From Candidatus Stahliibacteriota bacterium (GTDB lineage Bacteria; Hydrothermota; Tepidihabitantia; SM23-42), in NCBI GenBank assembly GCA_030609135.1, contig JAUWCU010000003.1, positions 55-64,054 of the forward strand: 64,000 nt of DNA. The letters run 5' to 3'. Every line of letters starts with the position of its first letter. Position 1 is the stretch's first letter. The position numbers were made by a program, and so were the translations under genes. Below are positions 8,435 to 18,719 of this stretch, one piece after another. The notes under the pieces were generated by a model, which was not told the origin of the DNA, did not search any database, and saw only the letters and a program-made list of their open reading frames with translations.

Positions 8435-10987
8435 CTACTCAATTTTGGTTTTCAGGAAATCAATTGCTTCTGCGACCTTTTTTGGATCGCCACCGCCGCC
8501 TTCTGCCATATGGGGTCGACCACCACCCCCGCCGCCAAGGATTTTGCTGACATCTTTGATGAGCTTGTTAGCAGGGTATTTTTTTACTAATTCATCGCCG
8601 ACAAATATTAAGAAGTTAATTTTACCCTTTGTCTTCTCATAGAAAAAACCCGCTGCTTTTTTAGATTTTTCTCTTATTAAATCAGCTACCAGACGCATTC
8701 CCTGACCCCCATAATTTTTGAGTTCTTTTGCGACAAAATTGCTTTTTTCCTCCCACATTTTAGCAAGTAGAACCATTGCTTCACTGTGTGTGAGTTGAGC
8801 AAGGGCTTCCTGGAAAGATTTCTCTGTTTCCTTGAATTTCTGTAGCGAATCAGAAATCCAGCTAACCAAATCGACATTCTTCCCGCCGACCAAATTTGTG
8901 ATTTCCTTGAGAATAGTTTCGTTCTTACGCAATTCCTCAAATAGCCTCAAGCCGACAATTGCTTCTACCCTACGTATACCAGCAGCTGCAGCTTCCTGCG
9001 AGATAATTTTGAAGAGACCAATTTGACCGGTATTATCAAGGTGGATCCCTCCACAGAGTTCAATTGAGAAATCATTGATCTTAACCACCCTGACTTTATC
9101 ACCATATTTCTCGCCGAATATCGCCATTGCACCGAGTCGCTTTGCTTCATCCAATGTTGTATTGAATTTTTCAACGGGTATATTGTCCAGGACCTTTTCG
9201 TTTACTGTATTTTCAATGACATTGATTTCATCGTTGCTCAACGGCTTAAAGTGCGAAAAGTCAAAACGGAACCTTCCTGGTTCAACAAATGAACCTTCCT
9301 GGCGGGCATGTTCGCCAAGGGTTTTCCTGAGCGCAGCATGGAGTAGATGGGTTGCCGTATGCGCACGCGCGCTTTCTTTGCGTTTCCTTAAATCTACCTC
9401 AGCAACAACTTTGCCAGGTGTAAACTTACCTTGAGCAAGTTTGCAATGGCATACAATCATGCCCTGGTACCAGTAAGTATCCTGGACTATCAATTTATAG
9501 GTTTTTCCGACAATTTCACCTTGGTCGCCTACTTGACCTCCAGCCTCAGCGTAAAAAGGTGATTCTTTTAATACTATCTCAATGATCTTTTCATGCGCAT
9601 TGAATTTTATTATTTTGGTTTCAACGCTGACTTTATCGTAACCAACGAATGTGCCATTTTCATCGTTTAAGATAGTCCACTCACCCTTGGGAATGAATTT
9701 TGTTTCTGCTTTTGAGATCTCGCGGGCTTGTTCAAGCTTAGCCATGAAGCCTTTTTCATCAACACTAATACCTTTTTCCTTGGCTATTTCCTGAATTAAT
9801 TCAATGGGGAATCCGTATGTGTCATAGAGCTTGAAAGCTTCTTCTCCAGAAATGGAGTTGTGGGTTTTGCTTATTACTTCAAATTGCTGTAATCCTTTTT
9901 CCAACGTGGTTAGAAATCGTTCTTCTTCTGATTTTATAATAAGAGTAATTTCTTCTCTTCTTTCAACTAAATCAGCATATGCAGGTTTATACATATCTAT
10001 AACCCTCGGTACAAACCTGTAGAGAAAAGGGTTGTTTATAGCCAGATTTCGACACAATCGGACAGCCCTACGTAAAATCCTTCGTAGCACATACCCGCGT
10101 TCTTCATTTGAAGGGATAATACCATCACCTATTGCAAAGACTAATGCCCTGACGTGGTCTGCCATCACATTGATAGCTACATCAATTCTTCTATCTTCAC
10201 CATATTTCAAATTCTTGTGTTTAATAATATCCTCAATAATAGGATAAAACAGGTCGGTCTGAAAAACCGAGTCCTTATTTTGCAGGATCGCTGCAAGTCT
10301 TTCAAAACCCATGCCCGTATCCACCCCGCGGTTCTTTAGAGGTAATCTTTCGCCGGCTACGGTCTGGTTAAACTGGGGGAATACCAGATTCCAGATTTCC
10401 GGATACCGGTCGCAGTCGCAGCCCGGTACACAAGTTTTCTTACCGCAGGAATATTTCTCGCCAAGGTCAAAAAATATTTCTGAGCATGGTCCACATGGTC
10501 CAGAATTCCCCGCCGGTCCCCAGAAGTTATCCTCATCACCAAACCTGAAGATTCTTTCTTTTTTCAAACCAATCTTCTTATGCCAGATATCATATGCCTC
10601 ATCATCATCCTTATATACTGAGACAGACAATCTGGTCGGGTCGATTCCCAGTACCTCAAGCAGGTATTCCCATGCCCATAAAATAGCCTCTTCCTTAAAA
10701 TAGTCGCCAAATGAAAAATTGCCCAGCATTTCAAAGAACGTATGGTGGCGTCTGGTCTTTCCCACATTATCTAAATCCGATGTCCTGAAACATTTTTGCA
10801 CACTTGTTGCGCGTTTATACGGCAGGAGCACAGAGCCTGTCCACAAAGGTTTAAACTGCACACAGCCGGCACTTGTGAACAATAGACTCGGGTCATCTTT
10901 CGGAATCAATGACATTGAAGGAACAATAGTATGGTCCTTGTTTTTAAAGAATTCTAAGAAACTCGTGCGCAGTTCGTTACTATTCAT
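8435..10987 (-). CDS. alaS: alanine--tRNA ligase
   Basis: 850 aa. Motifs HHTFFEMLGNFSFGDYFK, editing-domain HTATHLLHAALR and C-terminal GGGGGRPHMAEGGG. Confidence 0.97.
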   Translation of the reverse strand: MNSNELRTSFLEFFKNKDHTIVPSMSLIPKDDPSLLFTSAGCVQFKPLWTGSVLLPYKRATSVQKCFRTSDLDNVGKTRRHHTFFEMLGNFSFGDYFKEEAILWAWEYLLEVLGIDPTRLSVSVYKDDDEAYDIWHKKIGLKKERIFRFGDEDNFWGPAGNSGPCGPCSEIFFDLGEKYSCGKKTCVPGCDCDRYPEIWNLVFPQFNQTVAGERLPLKNRGVDTGMGFERLAAILQNKDSVFQTDLFYPIIEDIIKHKNLKYGEDRRIDVAINVMADHVRALVFAIGDGIIPSNEERGYVLRRILRRAVRLCRNLAINNPFLYRFVPRVIDMYKPAYADLVERREEITLIIKSEEERFLTTLEKGLQQFEVISKTHNSISGEEAFKLYDTYGFPIELIQEIAKEKGISVDEKGFMAKLEQAREISKAETKFIPKGEWTILNDENGTFVGYDKVSVETKIIKFNAHEKIIEIVLKESPFYAEAGGQVGDQGEIVGKTYKLIVQDTYWYQGMIVCHCKLAQGKFTPGKVVAEVDLRKRKESARAHTATHLLHAALRKTLGEHARQEGSFVEPGRFRFDFSHFKPLSNDEINVIENTVNEKVLDNIPVEKFNTTLDEAKRLGAMAIFGEKYGDKVRVVKINDFSIELCGGIHLDNTGQIGLFKIISQEAAAAGIRRVEAIVGLRLFEELRKNETILKEITNLVGGKNVDLVSWISDSLQKFKETEKSFQEALAQLTHSEAMVLLAKMWEEKSNFVAKELKNYGGQGMRLVADLIREKSKKAAGFFYEKTKGKINFLIFVGDELVKKYPANKLIKDVSKILGGGGGGRPHMAEGGGGDPKKVAEAIDFLKTKIE

Positions 10988-11009
10988 ATATCTATCCCCC
11001 TCTCTTTAT

Positions 11010-11145
11010 CTCTCCCCCTTTGAAGGGGGAGAGAAAGGTGGGGGTTCGTTCGGAATTTACCGGACATTATTGTGATTCCTATGATTGAAAAATTGTCAAG
11101 CCCAGAAGGGCTTTCCCACAATATGTGGGAGCGGGCTGCCCGCGA
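11010..11145. repeat. Hairpin-repeat cluster between recX and alaS
   Basis: ctctccccctttgaagggggagag (11010..11033) is the same module type as in the pdp insert. 11097..11145 (caagcccagaagggctttcccaca..tgggagcgggctgcccgcg) is an inverted relative of 25663..25745. Confidence 0.7.
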
Positions 11146-11148
11146 TTA

Positions 11149-11748
11149 TCATTCTTTAATAATTTCATATACAATGCTCGGGGTGAATCCTCGAGTCAGC
11201 AAGCGACGGACAAGTTTCTGGCGTTCTTTAGGATTTTTTATATCTAAATTGCCCGCTTTTTTTTCGATGTAATTTCTTATCAGTTCTCCCTCATCCCTTG
11301 TGTCAAGCAAATTCGTAATGATTTCTCTATCAACACCCCTTCTAGTCAGTTCGCTTAAGATGAAACGATTCCCCTTTGGCTTCAAGTTTGTATAGTCATT
11401 TACAAAAGCCCTGGCAAACCGTTTATCGTCAAGTGTTTTATCAGCGATCAATTCGTCAATCACTTCATCTGCGAGTGAATTGTCAAAACCAATACGCATC
11501 AGTCTATCCCTGAGTTCCTCAACTGATCTTTCACGATAGTGGAGTATTTTGAATGCTCGCTCCATGATTTTGGCTTTATCTGCATGGTGCACAATTTCAT
11601 CAATTTCCCGGTCGGTAATTTCAACACCTTCATACAAACCATACTGGAGAACTATTTCCTTTGGTAATCCAAATCTGAATTCACCGTCGATAAATATGGA
11701 ACAACGTTTCCTATTTTTTTTCTGAGGTTCGATCTTGCTTATCTTCAT
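11149..11748 (-). CDS. recX: RecX-family recombination regulator
   Basis: 199 aa, helical-repeat composition. It lies immediately downstream of recA and overlaps it. Confidence 0.7.
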   Translation of the reverse strand: MKISKIEPQKKNRKRCSIFIDGEFRFGLPKEIVLQYGLYEGVEITDREIDEIVHHADKAKIMERAFKILHYRERSVEELRDRLMRIGFDNSLADEVIDELIADKTLDDKRFARAFVNDYTNLKPKGNRFILSELTRRGVDREIITNLLDTRDEGELIRNYIEKKAGNLDIKNPKERQKLVRRLLTRGFTPSIVYEIIKE

Positions 11749-12754
11749 GCTTGGATCTCTGTGCAGGGTTCATCTCTTCGCGTATTTTCTGTTCGATTTT
11801 CTGGGCGATGTCGCTGTCTGTTTTTAATAACTCGATAACTGCATCACGTCCTTGGCCGATTCGTTCATCGCCGTAAGAATACCAGGAACCTGCTTTCTGG
11901 ATAATTTTCAGATCCACGCCGATATCGACTAATTCTCCATATTTGGATATTCCTTCTCCGTAAATAATATCGAACTCCACTTTCTTAAAAGGTGGTGCGA
12001 GTTTGTTCTTTACCACTCGAACCCTTGTTCTTGAACCGATCATTGTATCGCCTTTCTTTATCGTGGCGATCCGTCTAATATCACATCGGACTGACGAATG
12101 AAACTTTAAAGCCATGCCTCCAGGTGTTGTTTCGGGTGAACCATATATAACCCCGATTTTGTAGCGTATTTGGTTAATGAAAACTGCGCAGGTATTTGAT
12201 TTGCTGATGACGCCAGTCAGTTTTCTCAGTGCTTGAGACATGAGACGGGCAATCAAGCCGACTTGTAGTTCACCCATTTCTCCGGCAATCTCCGCCTTCG
12301 GTACTAAGGCGGCAACTGAATCAAGCACGACAATATCAACACCGCCAGAACGGGTTAGGATTTCGGTAATTTCTAAAGCCTGTTCAGCAGTATCTGGTTG
12401 GGAAATGAGCAGGTCAGTTAGATTGATCCCAAGATTTTGAGCATAAGTTGGGTCAAAAGCGTGTTCGACATCAATGAAGATCGCGGTGCCACCAGCTTTT
12501 TGAGCTTGAGCAATAGCCTCTAAGGCAAGCGTGGTCTTACCACCTGCTTCTGGGCCAAATATCTCTACAACCCGACCACGTGGGAATCCACCAACACCCA
12601 GGGCAAAATCAAGACCGATTGAGCCAGTTGGAATCACTTCGACATCTACTCTTGCTCCTTTGTCGCCAAGGCGCATAATGGATCCTTTACCGAATTGTTT
12701 TTCAATTTGACTGATTGCTACATTCAAGACTTTTTGTTTATCGTCTTTTGCCAT
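11711..12754 (-). CDS. recA: recombinase RecA
   Basis: Walker [13 protein letters not shown]; ..[13 protein letters not shown]..; full-length 347 aa. Confidence 0.97.
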   Translation of the reverse strand: MAKDDKQKVLNVAISQIEKQFGKGSIMRLGDKGARVDVEVIPTGSIGLDFALGVGGFPRGRVVEIFGPEAGGKTTLALEAIAQAQKAGGTAIFIDVEHAFDPTYAQNLGINLTDLLISQPDTAEQALEITEILTRSGGVDIVVLDSVAALVPKAEIAGEMGELQVGLIARLMSQALRKLTGVISKSNTCAVFINQIRYKIGVIYGSPETTPGGMALKFHSSVRCDIRRIATIKKGDTMIGSRTRVRVVKNKLAPPFKKVEFDIIYGEGISKYGELVDIGVDLKIIQKAGSWYSYGDERIGQGRDAVIELLKTDSDIAQKIEQKIREEMNPAQRSKHEDKQDRTSEKK

Positions 12755-12770
12755 ATTCCTCCTTGCCTAT

Positions 12771-12798
12771 ATCATAATTAAAATCGTCACCAAGTCAA
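12771..12798 (-). promoter_or_regulatory. recA promoter
   Basis: Minus strand reads TTCCCCTTGACTTG..: TTGACT-N16-TATGAT, then AAGGAGG before the ATG. It overlaps the phoU stop. Confidence 0.55.
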
Positions 12799-13454
12799 GG
12801 GGAAGTAGGGTTATGATGTTTTATTACTTTTCCCTCCACTGCAAATATTACCTCTTCACAAATATTTGTGGATAAATCAGCAATACGTTCTAAATTTTTT
12901 GTAATATTAAGTAAATGGAAAGAACGTTCAATAGTGGTTGCGTCTGAAATCATATAAGTGATTAGTTCTCTTAAAATCTGATCTCGCAAGGCATCTACAA
13001 CACTATCTCTTTCACAAATACCCTTAGCCAATCCGGGGTTTTCATTTATAAAAGAATTTATACTGTCATTTAACATTTTAATTACTTCCTCTGCCATCCT
13101 TGGTATATCTATTAAGGGTTTAACCAAAGGTGTTTCTATTAAATACAATGCGCTCTGCGAAATATTTACTGCATGATCTGCAATTCTCTCCAGGTCATTA
13201 TTCATTTTTAATATCATTAATATTGTCCTTAGATCTATTGCTCTGGGTTGAAACTTAACAATGAGTGTTATACATATTTCATCTAATTCTATTTCAAAAT
13301 CGTTTGCATTAGGTTCATCTTTTTCTATTATGCCAGTGAGTAATTCCACGTTTTTTTCTACTAATCCTTTAATACTTTTCTCGACCATACTCACAACAAG
13401 ACAAGTGTAATCGACAAGCCTCTTTTTAAGCTCGTTTATTTTTTCCTCTAACAA
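12795..13454 (-). CDS. phoU: phosphate signalling regulator PhoU
   Basis: 219 aa with two ERIADxxxNI repeats; follows pstB. Confidence 0.9.
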   Translation of the reverse strand: MLEEKINELKKRLVDYTCLVVSMVEKSIKGLVEKNVELLTGIIEKDEPNANDFEIELDEICITLIVKFQPRAIDLRTILMILKMNNDLERIADHAVNISQSALYLIETPLVKPLIDIPRMAEEVIKMLNDSINSFINENPGLAKGICERDSVVDALRDQILRELITYMISDATTIERSFHLLNITKNLERIADLSTNICEEVIFAVEGKVIKHHNPTSP

Positions 13455-13465
13455 TCAATACCTCC

Positions 13466-14296
13466 TTATCCAAAACGTCCGGTTATATAATTTTCTGTTA
13501 GCTTTTCTTTTGGGGCAGTAAAAAGCTTTGTTGTTTCGCCAAACTCGACCAACTTACCCAGGTAGAGAAACCCCGTGTAATCTGAAATTCTTGCTGCCTG
13601 CTGCAAGTTATGAGTGACAATAATAATTGTATATCTTTGTTTAAGGTTAATCATTAAATCTTCTATTTTTGCTGTGGAGATAGGATCCAGGGCAGAACAC
13701 GGTTCATCAAACAGGATGACTTCAGGCTCAATTGCTAAAGCGCGGGCAATACAGAGTCTTTGTTGCTGTCCACCGGAAAGAGAAAATGCTGAATCATGTA
13801 AACGGTTTTTCACCTCATCCCATAAAGCAGCTGATTTTATAGCAGAAACAACTCTTTTTTCAATTTCTCTTTTATTTTTTATACCGTGTAGTCTTAACCC
13901 AAATGCGAGATTTTCAATGATTGATTTGGGAAATGGATTCGGTTTTTGAAAAACCATCCCAACTTTCTTTCTAAGTTCATACGGTTCATAATTGGGATCA
14001 TAAATATTAATATCATCCAAAATAATTTTACCTGTTATTCGTGCTGAAGGTATAATGTCATTCATCCTGTTTAAGCAGCGAATAAAGGTAGATTTACCAC
14101 AACCAGAGGGTCCGATGATTGCGGTAATACTATTACATTTTATATTAAATGTAACATCTTTTAAAACATGATTTTTACCGAAAGAGACATTTAATTTTTC
14201 AATTTTAAGACGCGTGTTATTTTTATCGCATTTAGACGTAGTGTCTAATAACGCAGGTATTATTTTTGGAGGATTGATATTTGCTACTTTTACCAT
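13466..14296 (-). CDS. pstB: phosphate ABC transporter ATPase
   Basis: [30 protein letters not shown]. Confidence 0.95.
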   Translation of the reverse strand: MVKVANINPPKIIPALLDTTSKCDKNNTRLKIEKLNVSFGKNHVLKDVTFNIKCNSITAIIGPSGCGKSTFIRCLNRMNDIIPSARITGKIILDDINIYDPNYEPYELRKKVGMVFQKPNPFPKSIIENLAFGLRLHGIKNKREIEKRVVSAIKSAALWDEVKNRLHDSAFSLSGGQQQRLCIARALAIEPEVILFDEPCSALDPISTAKIEDLMINLKQRYTIIIVTHNLQQAARISDYTGFLYLGKLVEFGETTKLFTAPKEKLTENYITGRFG

Positions 14297-15207
14297 AATT
14301 TTTTCTTCCTTGCTCTTGTTCTTATTATGATTGCAATAAGATCCAGTCCTAAGACTAAAAGGAGAAGGACTAAAGCACTACCATAGGCAATTGGAATCTG
14401 TTCCTTAGGATGTGTACCTTCTGTCACTAATGCATAAATATGGTATGGAAGTGCTTGAACTTCAGAAAGAATCGATTTGGGCAGTTTCCTGGAAAAGAAG
14501 GTTACTGCAGTAAAAAGTATTGGTGCGGTCTCTCCTGCTGCCCTGCCTATCCCTAATATTGTTCCTGTGAGAATGCCCGGAAGTGCCGCTGGTAAGATAA
14601 TACCTCTAACCATTTGCCATTTTGTAGCACCAACACCATAACCTGCTTCACGAAATGAATCGGGTATAGATTTTAACGCTTCTACTGTTGTGCTAATAAT
14701 GACCGGCAGAATCATAATTGCCAGGGTCAGTGAACCGGATAAAAGGGATACTCCAAATCCGAAAAACTTAACAAATATTGCCAAACCAAAAAGACCGAAT
14801 ACAATAGAAGGTACACCCGCAAGATTGTTTATACCCATTTTTATTATTCTCACCAATGTGTTGGCACCGGTATATTCATTTAAATATATCGCCGTAAGAA
14901 TACCAAGCGGCAGGGCGAAAATAACAGCTCCTAATGATAAGTAGAATGTGCCGAGGATTGCCGGTAATATGCCTCCTTTTGTCATTGCCTGTCTAGGCAT
15001 GGCTGTTAAAAATTCGATATTTAAAACGCCTGCGCCGCGTACGGCTATAAAAATCACAATTATGAAAAGGAAAAATATAGTTACGATGAGTGAAAGAAAT
15101 AGTATAGAAATACCAATTTTTTGAACTAATCTCCGGTGATTTGCATACGATTTTATATTTAAGGGTGTATTCAACGCCGGTGAAATTTCCATTGCCCGAT
15201 TCTCCAT
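14290..15207 (-). CDS. pstA: phosphate ABC transporter permease PstA
   Basis: 305-aa polytopic permease with an EAA-type loop ([14 protein letters not shown]); operon position. Confidence 0.9.
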   Translation of the reverse strand: MENRAMEISPALNTPLNIKSYANHRRLVQKIGISILFLSLIVTIFFLFIIVIFIAVRGAGVLNIEFLTAMPRQAMTKGGILPAILGTFYLSLGAVIFALPLGILTAIYLNEYTGANTLVRIIKMGINNLAGVPSIVFGLFGLAIFVKFFGFGVSLLSGSLTLAIMILPVIISTTVEALKSIPDSFREAGYGVGATKWQMVRGIILPAALPGILTGTILGIGRAAGETAPILFTAVTFFSRKLPKSILSEVQALPYHIYALVTEGTHPKEQIPIAYGSALVLLLLVLGLDLIAIIIRTRARKKKLW

Positions 15208-15209
15208 GG

Positions 15210-16097
15210 CTATCTGGTTGCTGTAAATTTTTTATGGAATTGATAAGAGATTCGGTCGGCAATGAAATTGAAACATAAGGTCATTATGAATAATACAATA
15301 GCAATACCAAAGAGGGCATAATAATGCTCACTGCCCATTACAGTCTCTGCCATTTCAGAAGCAATTGTTGAAGTCATTGCCCGCACTGGTTTTAAAAACG
15401 AGAAGACTATTCTTGCAGAACCACCGGCAACCATCAAAATAGCCATTGTCTCTCCAATTGCCCGGCCAATCCCTAAGATTAAAGCCGTAGAAATACCTGA
15501 AGCTGCGGCCGGCAACGTAATCTTAGTCATTGTCTCCCATTTGGTAGCTCCAACAGCAAAAGCCGCTTCTTTATATTCCTTTGGGATTGAAGAAAGGGCA
15601 TCTTCAACAATACTGGTCACTGTAGGTAAAACCATTATCCCCAGAATAATCGCTGCAGAAAATGCAGTAAGCCCAATAGGTAAATTGAATAGCTTCTGAA
15701 CAATTGGGGCTATTAACAACACACCGAAAAGTCCATAGATAACTGAAGGGATACACGCAAGGAGTTCAACAATCGGCTTCATTATTTCCTTGAGCCAAAA
15801 AGGAGCAACTTCAGCTATATATAAGGCACTGAGGATACCAAGAGGTGCAGCAAAAATTAATGCGCCGAGCGTGATGATAAGTGAACCGTAGATCATGGGA
15901 AGGATTCCAAATTCAGCATATTCGTGTGTTGGATACCAATGTGTGCCAAATAAAAATTCTCCAATACCTACATACTTTAATATGGGTAGCCCCTGAGTAA
16001 ATAGAACGATAACAATACCGCCAAGAAAGAGAAGCGAACTCAAGGCGCAGAATAGTAGTATTGATTTGATTATTAATTCTTTTAGTTTTCTACTCAT
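15210..16097 (-). CDS. pstC: phosphate ABC transporter permease PstC
   Basis: 295-aa permease with ..YKEAAFAVGATKWE..; operon position. Confidence 0.9.
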   Translation of the reverse strand: MSRKLKELIIKSILLFCALSSLLFLGGIVIVLFTQGLPILKYVGIGEFLFGTHWYPTHEYAEFGILPMIYGSLIITLGALIFAAPLGILSALYIAEVAPFWLKEIMKPIVELLACIPSVIYGLFGVLLIAPIVQKLFNLPIGLTAFSAAIILGIMVLPTVTSIVEDALSSIPKEYKEAAFAVGATKWETMTKITLPAAASGISTALILGIGRAIGETMAILMVAGGSARIVFSFLKPVRAMTSTIASEMAETVMGSEHYYALFGIAIVLFIMTLCFNFIADRISYQFHKKFTATR

Positions 16098-16188
16098 GTT
16101 CAGTCAATCTTCTTCCTTTTAATTAAGTAACAGTTTAGTTTTTCAAAACCTGTCCTGGTCCTGAATTAAGTTCAGGACAGGTCAAGAT

Positions 16189-16256
16189 TGTAGTGGTCGG
16201 ATTCATCCGACATTAATAAAAATGTGCAATAAATTGCACCGCTACAATTATTAATT
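16189..16256 (+). repeat. REPIN-like doublet in the pstS-pstC spacer
   Basis: TGTAGTGG-tcggattcatccga-...-gtgcaataaattgcac-CGCTACA. More hairpins lie on both sides (gtcctgaattaagttcaggac; accccgtaggaca..tgtccaacggggt). Confidence 0.7.
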
Positions 16257-16445
16257 GTACAACCATCTGAATATTGACATCTGTACTTTTTAATTTGTTC
16301 AAAGATAAACCCCGTAGGACATTTGCTGTCCAACGGGGTAAAGCCTTCTCCACGGTTCAAATTAGATACAAAAGCTTTTTGCTTTAGCAATAGCTGTTCT
16401 ATTTTATACATATCACCGCGGAGAAGACTTTACCATTATCTCTAT

Positions 16446-17240
16446 TTATTTAACTGGCACAAAACCAGCTTCTTGAACGATTTTCTGTCCTTGTTCTGAC
16501 ATGATAAAATCGATAAAATCCTTGGCTAAACCATCTGGTGAACCATTCGTATACATGAAAAGTGGACGGGCAAGTGGATAAGTTTCATTCCTTACAGTCT
16601 CTTCTGAAGGTGTTATACCATCAACCTTTAATGCCTTGACCTCGTCACTCAAATAACCAAGTCCAACATAACCAATTGCACCAGGTGTTTGGGCAACAAT
16701 TCTGGCAACCTCAAGATTTGATATAAGCATAAGTGCACCATCAGTCACTTTTGCTTTATTTAATGCCAGTTTGTTAAAGGTCTCAAATGTTCCTGATGCT
16801 GCATCTCGCGAAATCACGACAATTGTCCCAGAACCTCTGCCAATTTTATCCCAACGGGTAACTTCACCAGTGTAGATTTTTTTCAGATCCTCTTTTGATA
16901 TCTCATTTAAGGGATTATCAGGATGAACAATAACCGCAATGCCATCACGGGCAATGATATTGGCAACAGGATTCACGCCTTTTTCTCTTGCTTTTTTGAT
17001 TTCTTTTGTCTTCATGGGTCTTGAGGCATCTGCAATATCTGTTGCTCCATCAATAAGTGCTGCAATTCCTGTTCCTGAACCTCCCCCACGGATTGTAATG
17101 TCCGCTTCAGGGTTATTATCCATATAAACCTCTGCAGCATACTGTGCTATTGGAAGCACAGTTGTTGAACCCTGGATTGTCAGTTTCTGGGCAAAAAGCC
17201 CAACTGATAATACCAAAGCAAGAAAAGATAGTTTTTTCAT
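16446..17240 (-). CDS. pstS: phosphate-binding protein PstS
   Basis: Start moved to ATG 17240 (GGAGAAATA upstream). Signal peptide MKKLSFLALVLSVGLFA; GSTTVLPIAQ and GGGSGTG motifs. Confidence 0.9.
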   Translation of the reverse strand: MKKLSFLALVLSVGLFAQKLTIQGSTTVLPIAQYAAEVYMDNNPEADITIRGGGSGTGIAALIDGATDIADASRPMKTKEIKKAREKGVNPVANIIARDGIAVIVHPDNPLNEISKEDLKKIYTGEVTRWDKIGRGSGTIVVISRDAASGTFETFNKLALNKAKVTDGALMLISNLEVARIVAQTPGAIGYVGLGYLSDEVKALKVDGITPSEETVRNETYPLARPLFMYTNGSPDGLAKDFIDFIMSEQGQKIVQEAGFVPVK

Positions 17241-17364
17241 TATTTCTCCTTTTGAATCTTTATTAAAATAAAGATTCAATGATTGCAATGTTTTTTTTAG
17301 ATTACAATGACAATTTTTCATTTTTATATTAATCGTTGTAATCGTTTAATGATCGCTGTAATCA

Positions 17365-17389
17365 AAAATATGTTTTGAAAACATATTTT
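17365..17389 (-). terminator. AT-rich perfect hairpin at the porin stop codon (attenuator/terminator candidate)
   Basis: aaaatatgtttt-g-aaaacatatttt, 12-nt arms. The stem is weak and A/U-only, with no separate U tract. Confidence 0.25.
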
Positions 17390-18363
17390 CAATATGAATA
17401 CTTAAACTGGATCATTGCCTTATCCGAAGAATCGCTGTCGTCCTCATACGTCTTTATCTGATAATTAACCTGGGTTAAAAGAGTATTAGAGATTTTATAA
17501 TTAAAACCTCCAATAATCCTATTATGTGCATCATCATCAGTATCAACATCTTTGTCAAAGTAATCATACCTGCCAAGAATACTGAAATTTTTATTAATGG
17601 CAATTTCTCCAAGCCCTGTATAACCCATTCCTTTTATTTCGTCGTCTTCTGTTCCAAGATATTCTGCGATCAGTGTTACTGGTCCGTATTTCAATTGCAA
17701 GAGTCCTGCATATCTGTTTTGATCGACCTGTGTTACTATTGTATCACCCGCTGGCTGATCTGCATACCAGTAAGAACCTTTGAACATAACTCCTGGTATA
17801 GGGATCATTGCCAAATTTGCGCATAGAGCTTTATTCGTATTATTTTCTGTATAAGAATAACCATTTCCATTAAAGACCTGAACAGCAAATTCACCATATC
17901 CACCTGGCAATAGTCCATAAAAACCAACACCTAAATCCGCACTGTTTGTCTTCTTTTCAACCTCTTCTAAATTCTTCTCGATTACTGGATATTTCCAGAT
18001 ATCCATCATTCCAAAATAGACCTTTTGCAAACCAATAATTAGTTTTGCATCAGGTATGTATTCACCTATATAGGGAAGTTTCCAGTCTGCCTGGGCATAC
18101 TTTAATCTGACACGCCAGTCTGATTTATTTGTCGCACTACTTTTCTGAGCAATGTCTATGGTTCCTTTAAAAGAAACCGGTTTGGTCTTTGTTTTCCAGC
18201 GGATATAGCCTCTTTTGATTGCGAATTCGTGTTCATTCTCATCAACCTCGGGTGTGGTAGGATTTTCATAAGTATACCGACACCAGAAATAGCCGTATAT
18301 TGGTGCATCTGCATAACTAAAAACAGCGCACCCTAATAATAGAACCAACAAAAGCTGTTTCAT
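17389..18363 (-). CDS. Outer-membrane porin, probably phosphate-selective (first gene of the pst operon)
   Basis: Signal peptide MKQLLLVLLLGCAVFSYA; beta-barrel-like composition; C-terminal ..FKYSY. The phosphate role is inferred from position and the Pho-box. Confidence 0.55.
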   Translation of the reverse strand: MKQLLLVLLLGCAVFSYADAPIYGYFWCRYTYENPTTPEVDENEHEFAIKRGYIRWKTKTKPVSFKGTIDIAQKSSATNKSDWRVRLKYAQADWKLPYIGEYIPDAKLIIGLQKVYFGMMDIWKYPVIEKNLEEVEKKTNSADLGVGFYGLLPGGYGEFAVQVFNGNGYSYTENNTNKALCANLAMIPIPGVMFKGSYWYADQPAGDTIVTQVDQNRYAGLLQLKYGPVTLIAEYLGTEDDEIKGMGYTGLGEIAINKNFSILGRYDYFDKDVDTDDDAHNRIIGGFNYKISNTLLTQVNYQIKTYEDDSDSSDKAMIQFKYSY

Positions 18364-18398
18364 TAAGCCTCCTTTCTTATAATATAATAATACTATAT

Positions 18399-18437
18399 GG
18401 TTAATGTATGATTAAGAAATTGTTAAAATATGGTTAA
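18399..18437 (-). promoter_or_regulatory. Pho-box-like array: four direct hexamers with 11-bp phasing
   Basis: Minus strand reads TTAACC-atatt-TTAACA-atttc-TTAATC-ataca-TTAACC, then an AT-rich -10 region and AAAGGAGG before ATG 18363. Confidence 0.6.
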
Positions 18438-18531
18438 CCCCGTTAGAAATTCAAACGGCAAATTTATGATCTATCTATAAATATTTGTGTTTTTTAAATC
18501 ATTCAGGTTGTTTAAAAAGTCATTTTTCACT

Positions 18532-18669
18532 GGAGTAGAGCATTTATGCTCGCCCCGTTAAATAAAGGTATAGCAAAATGTTTTTGGTATAGTGAAATTA
18601 GTATTTAAACGGGGCTCGTGAAAAACGATGAAATTTCATTGCTTTTAACGGGGCTAAAGCCCCTACTCC
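18532..18669. repeat. Large composite palindromic element (GGAGTAG ... CTACTCC) enclosing five small hairpins
   Basis: Inner hairpins: agcatttatgct; ccccgttaaata..tatttaaacgggg; tcgtgaaaaacga; tgaaatttca; ggggctaaagcccc. Confidence 0.65.
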
Positions 18670-18719
18670 ACTAAATCAACAGCCTGATTAAATCATTTTT
18701 CTCGCAGTTATTGGGATTT

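Noticed and set aside
8445-8642. 65-aa Pro-rich ORF (..GSPPPPSAIWGRPPPPPP..)
   Set aside because: It is antisense to the Gly-rich C-terminus of alaS (GGGGGRPHMAEGGGG), so it is a mirror artefact.
11711-11748. 38-nt overlap of recA and recX as an anomaly
   Set aside because: The RecX N-terminus from ATG 11748 looks normal for the family, and the overlapping recA tail is the usual variable acidic/basic C-terminus. Overlap of these two genes is common.
16172-16411. 79-aa ORF in the pstS-pstC spacer
   Set aside because: It is built from REPIN-like and hairpin sequence, has no start signals, and reads better as structured non-coding spacer.
17331-17372. Direct repeats atcgttgtaatcg / atcgctgtaatc upstream of pstS as a second Pho box
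   Set aside because: There are only two copies with irregular spacing and the hexamer does not match the 18399..18437 array. The evidence is too weak to call.
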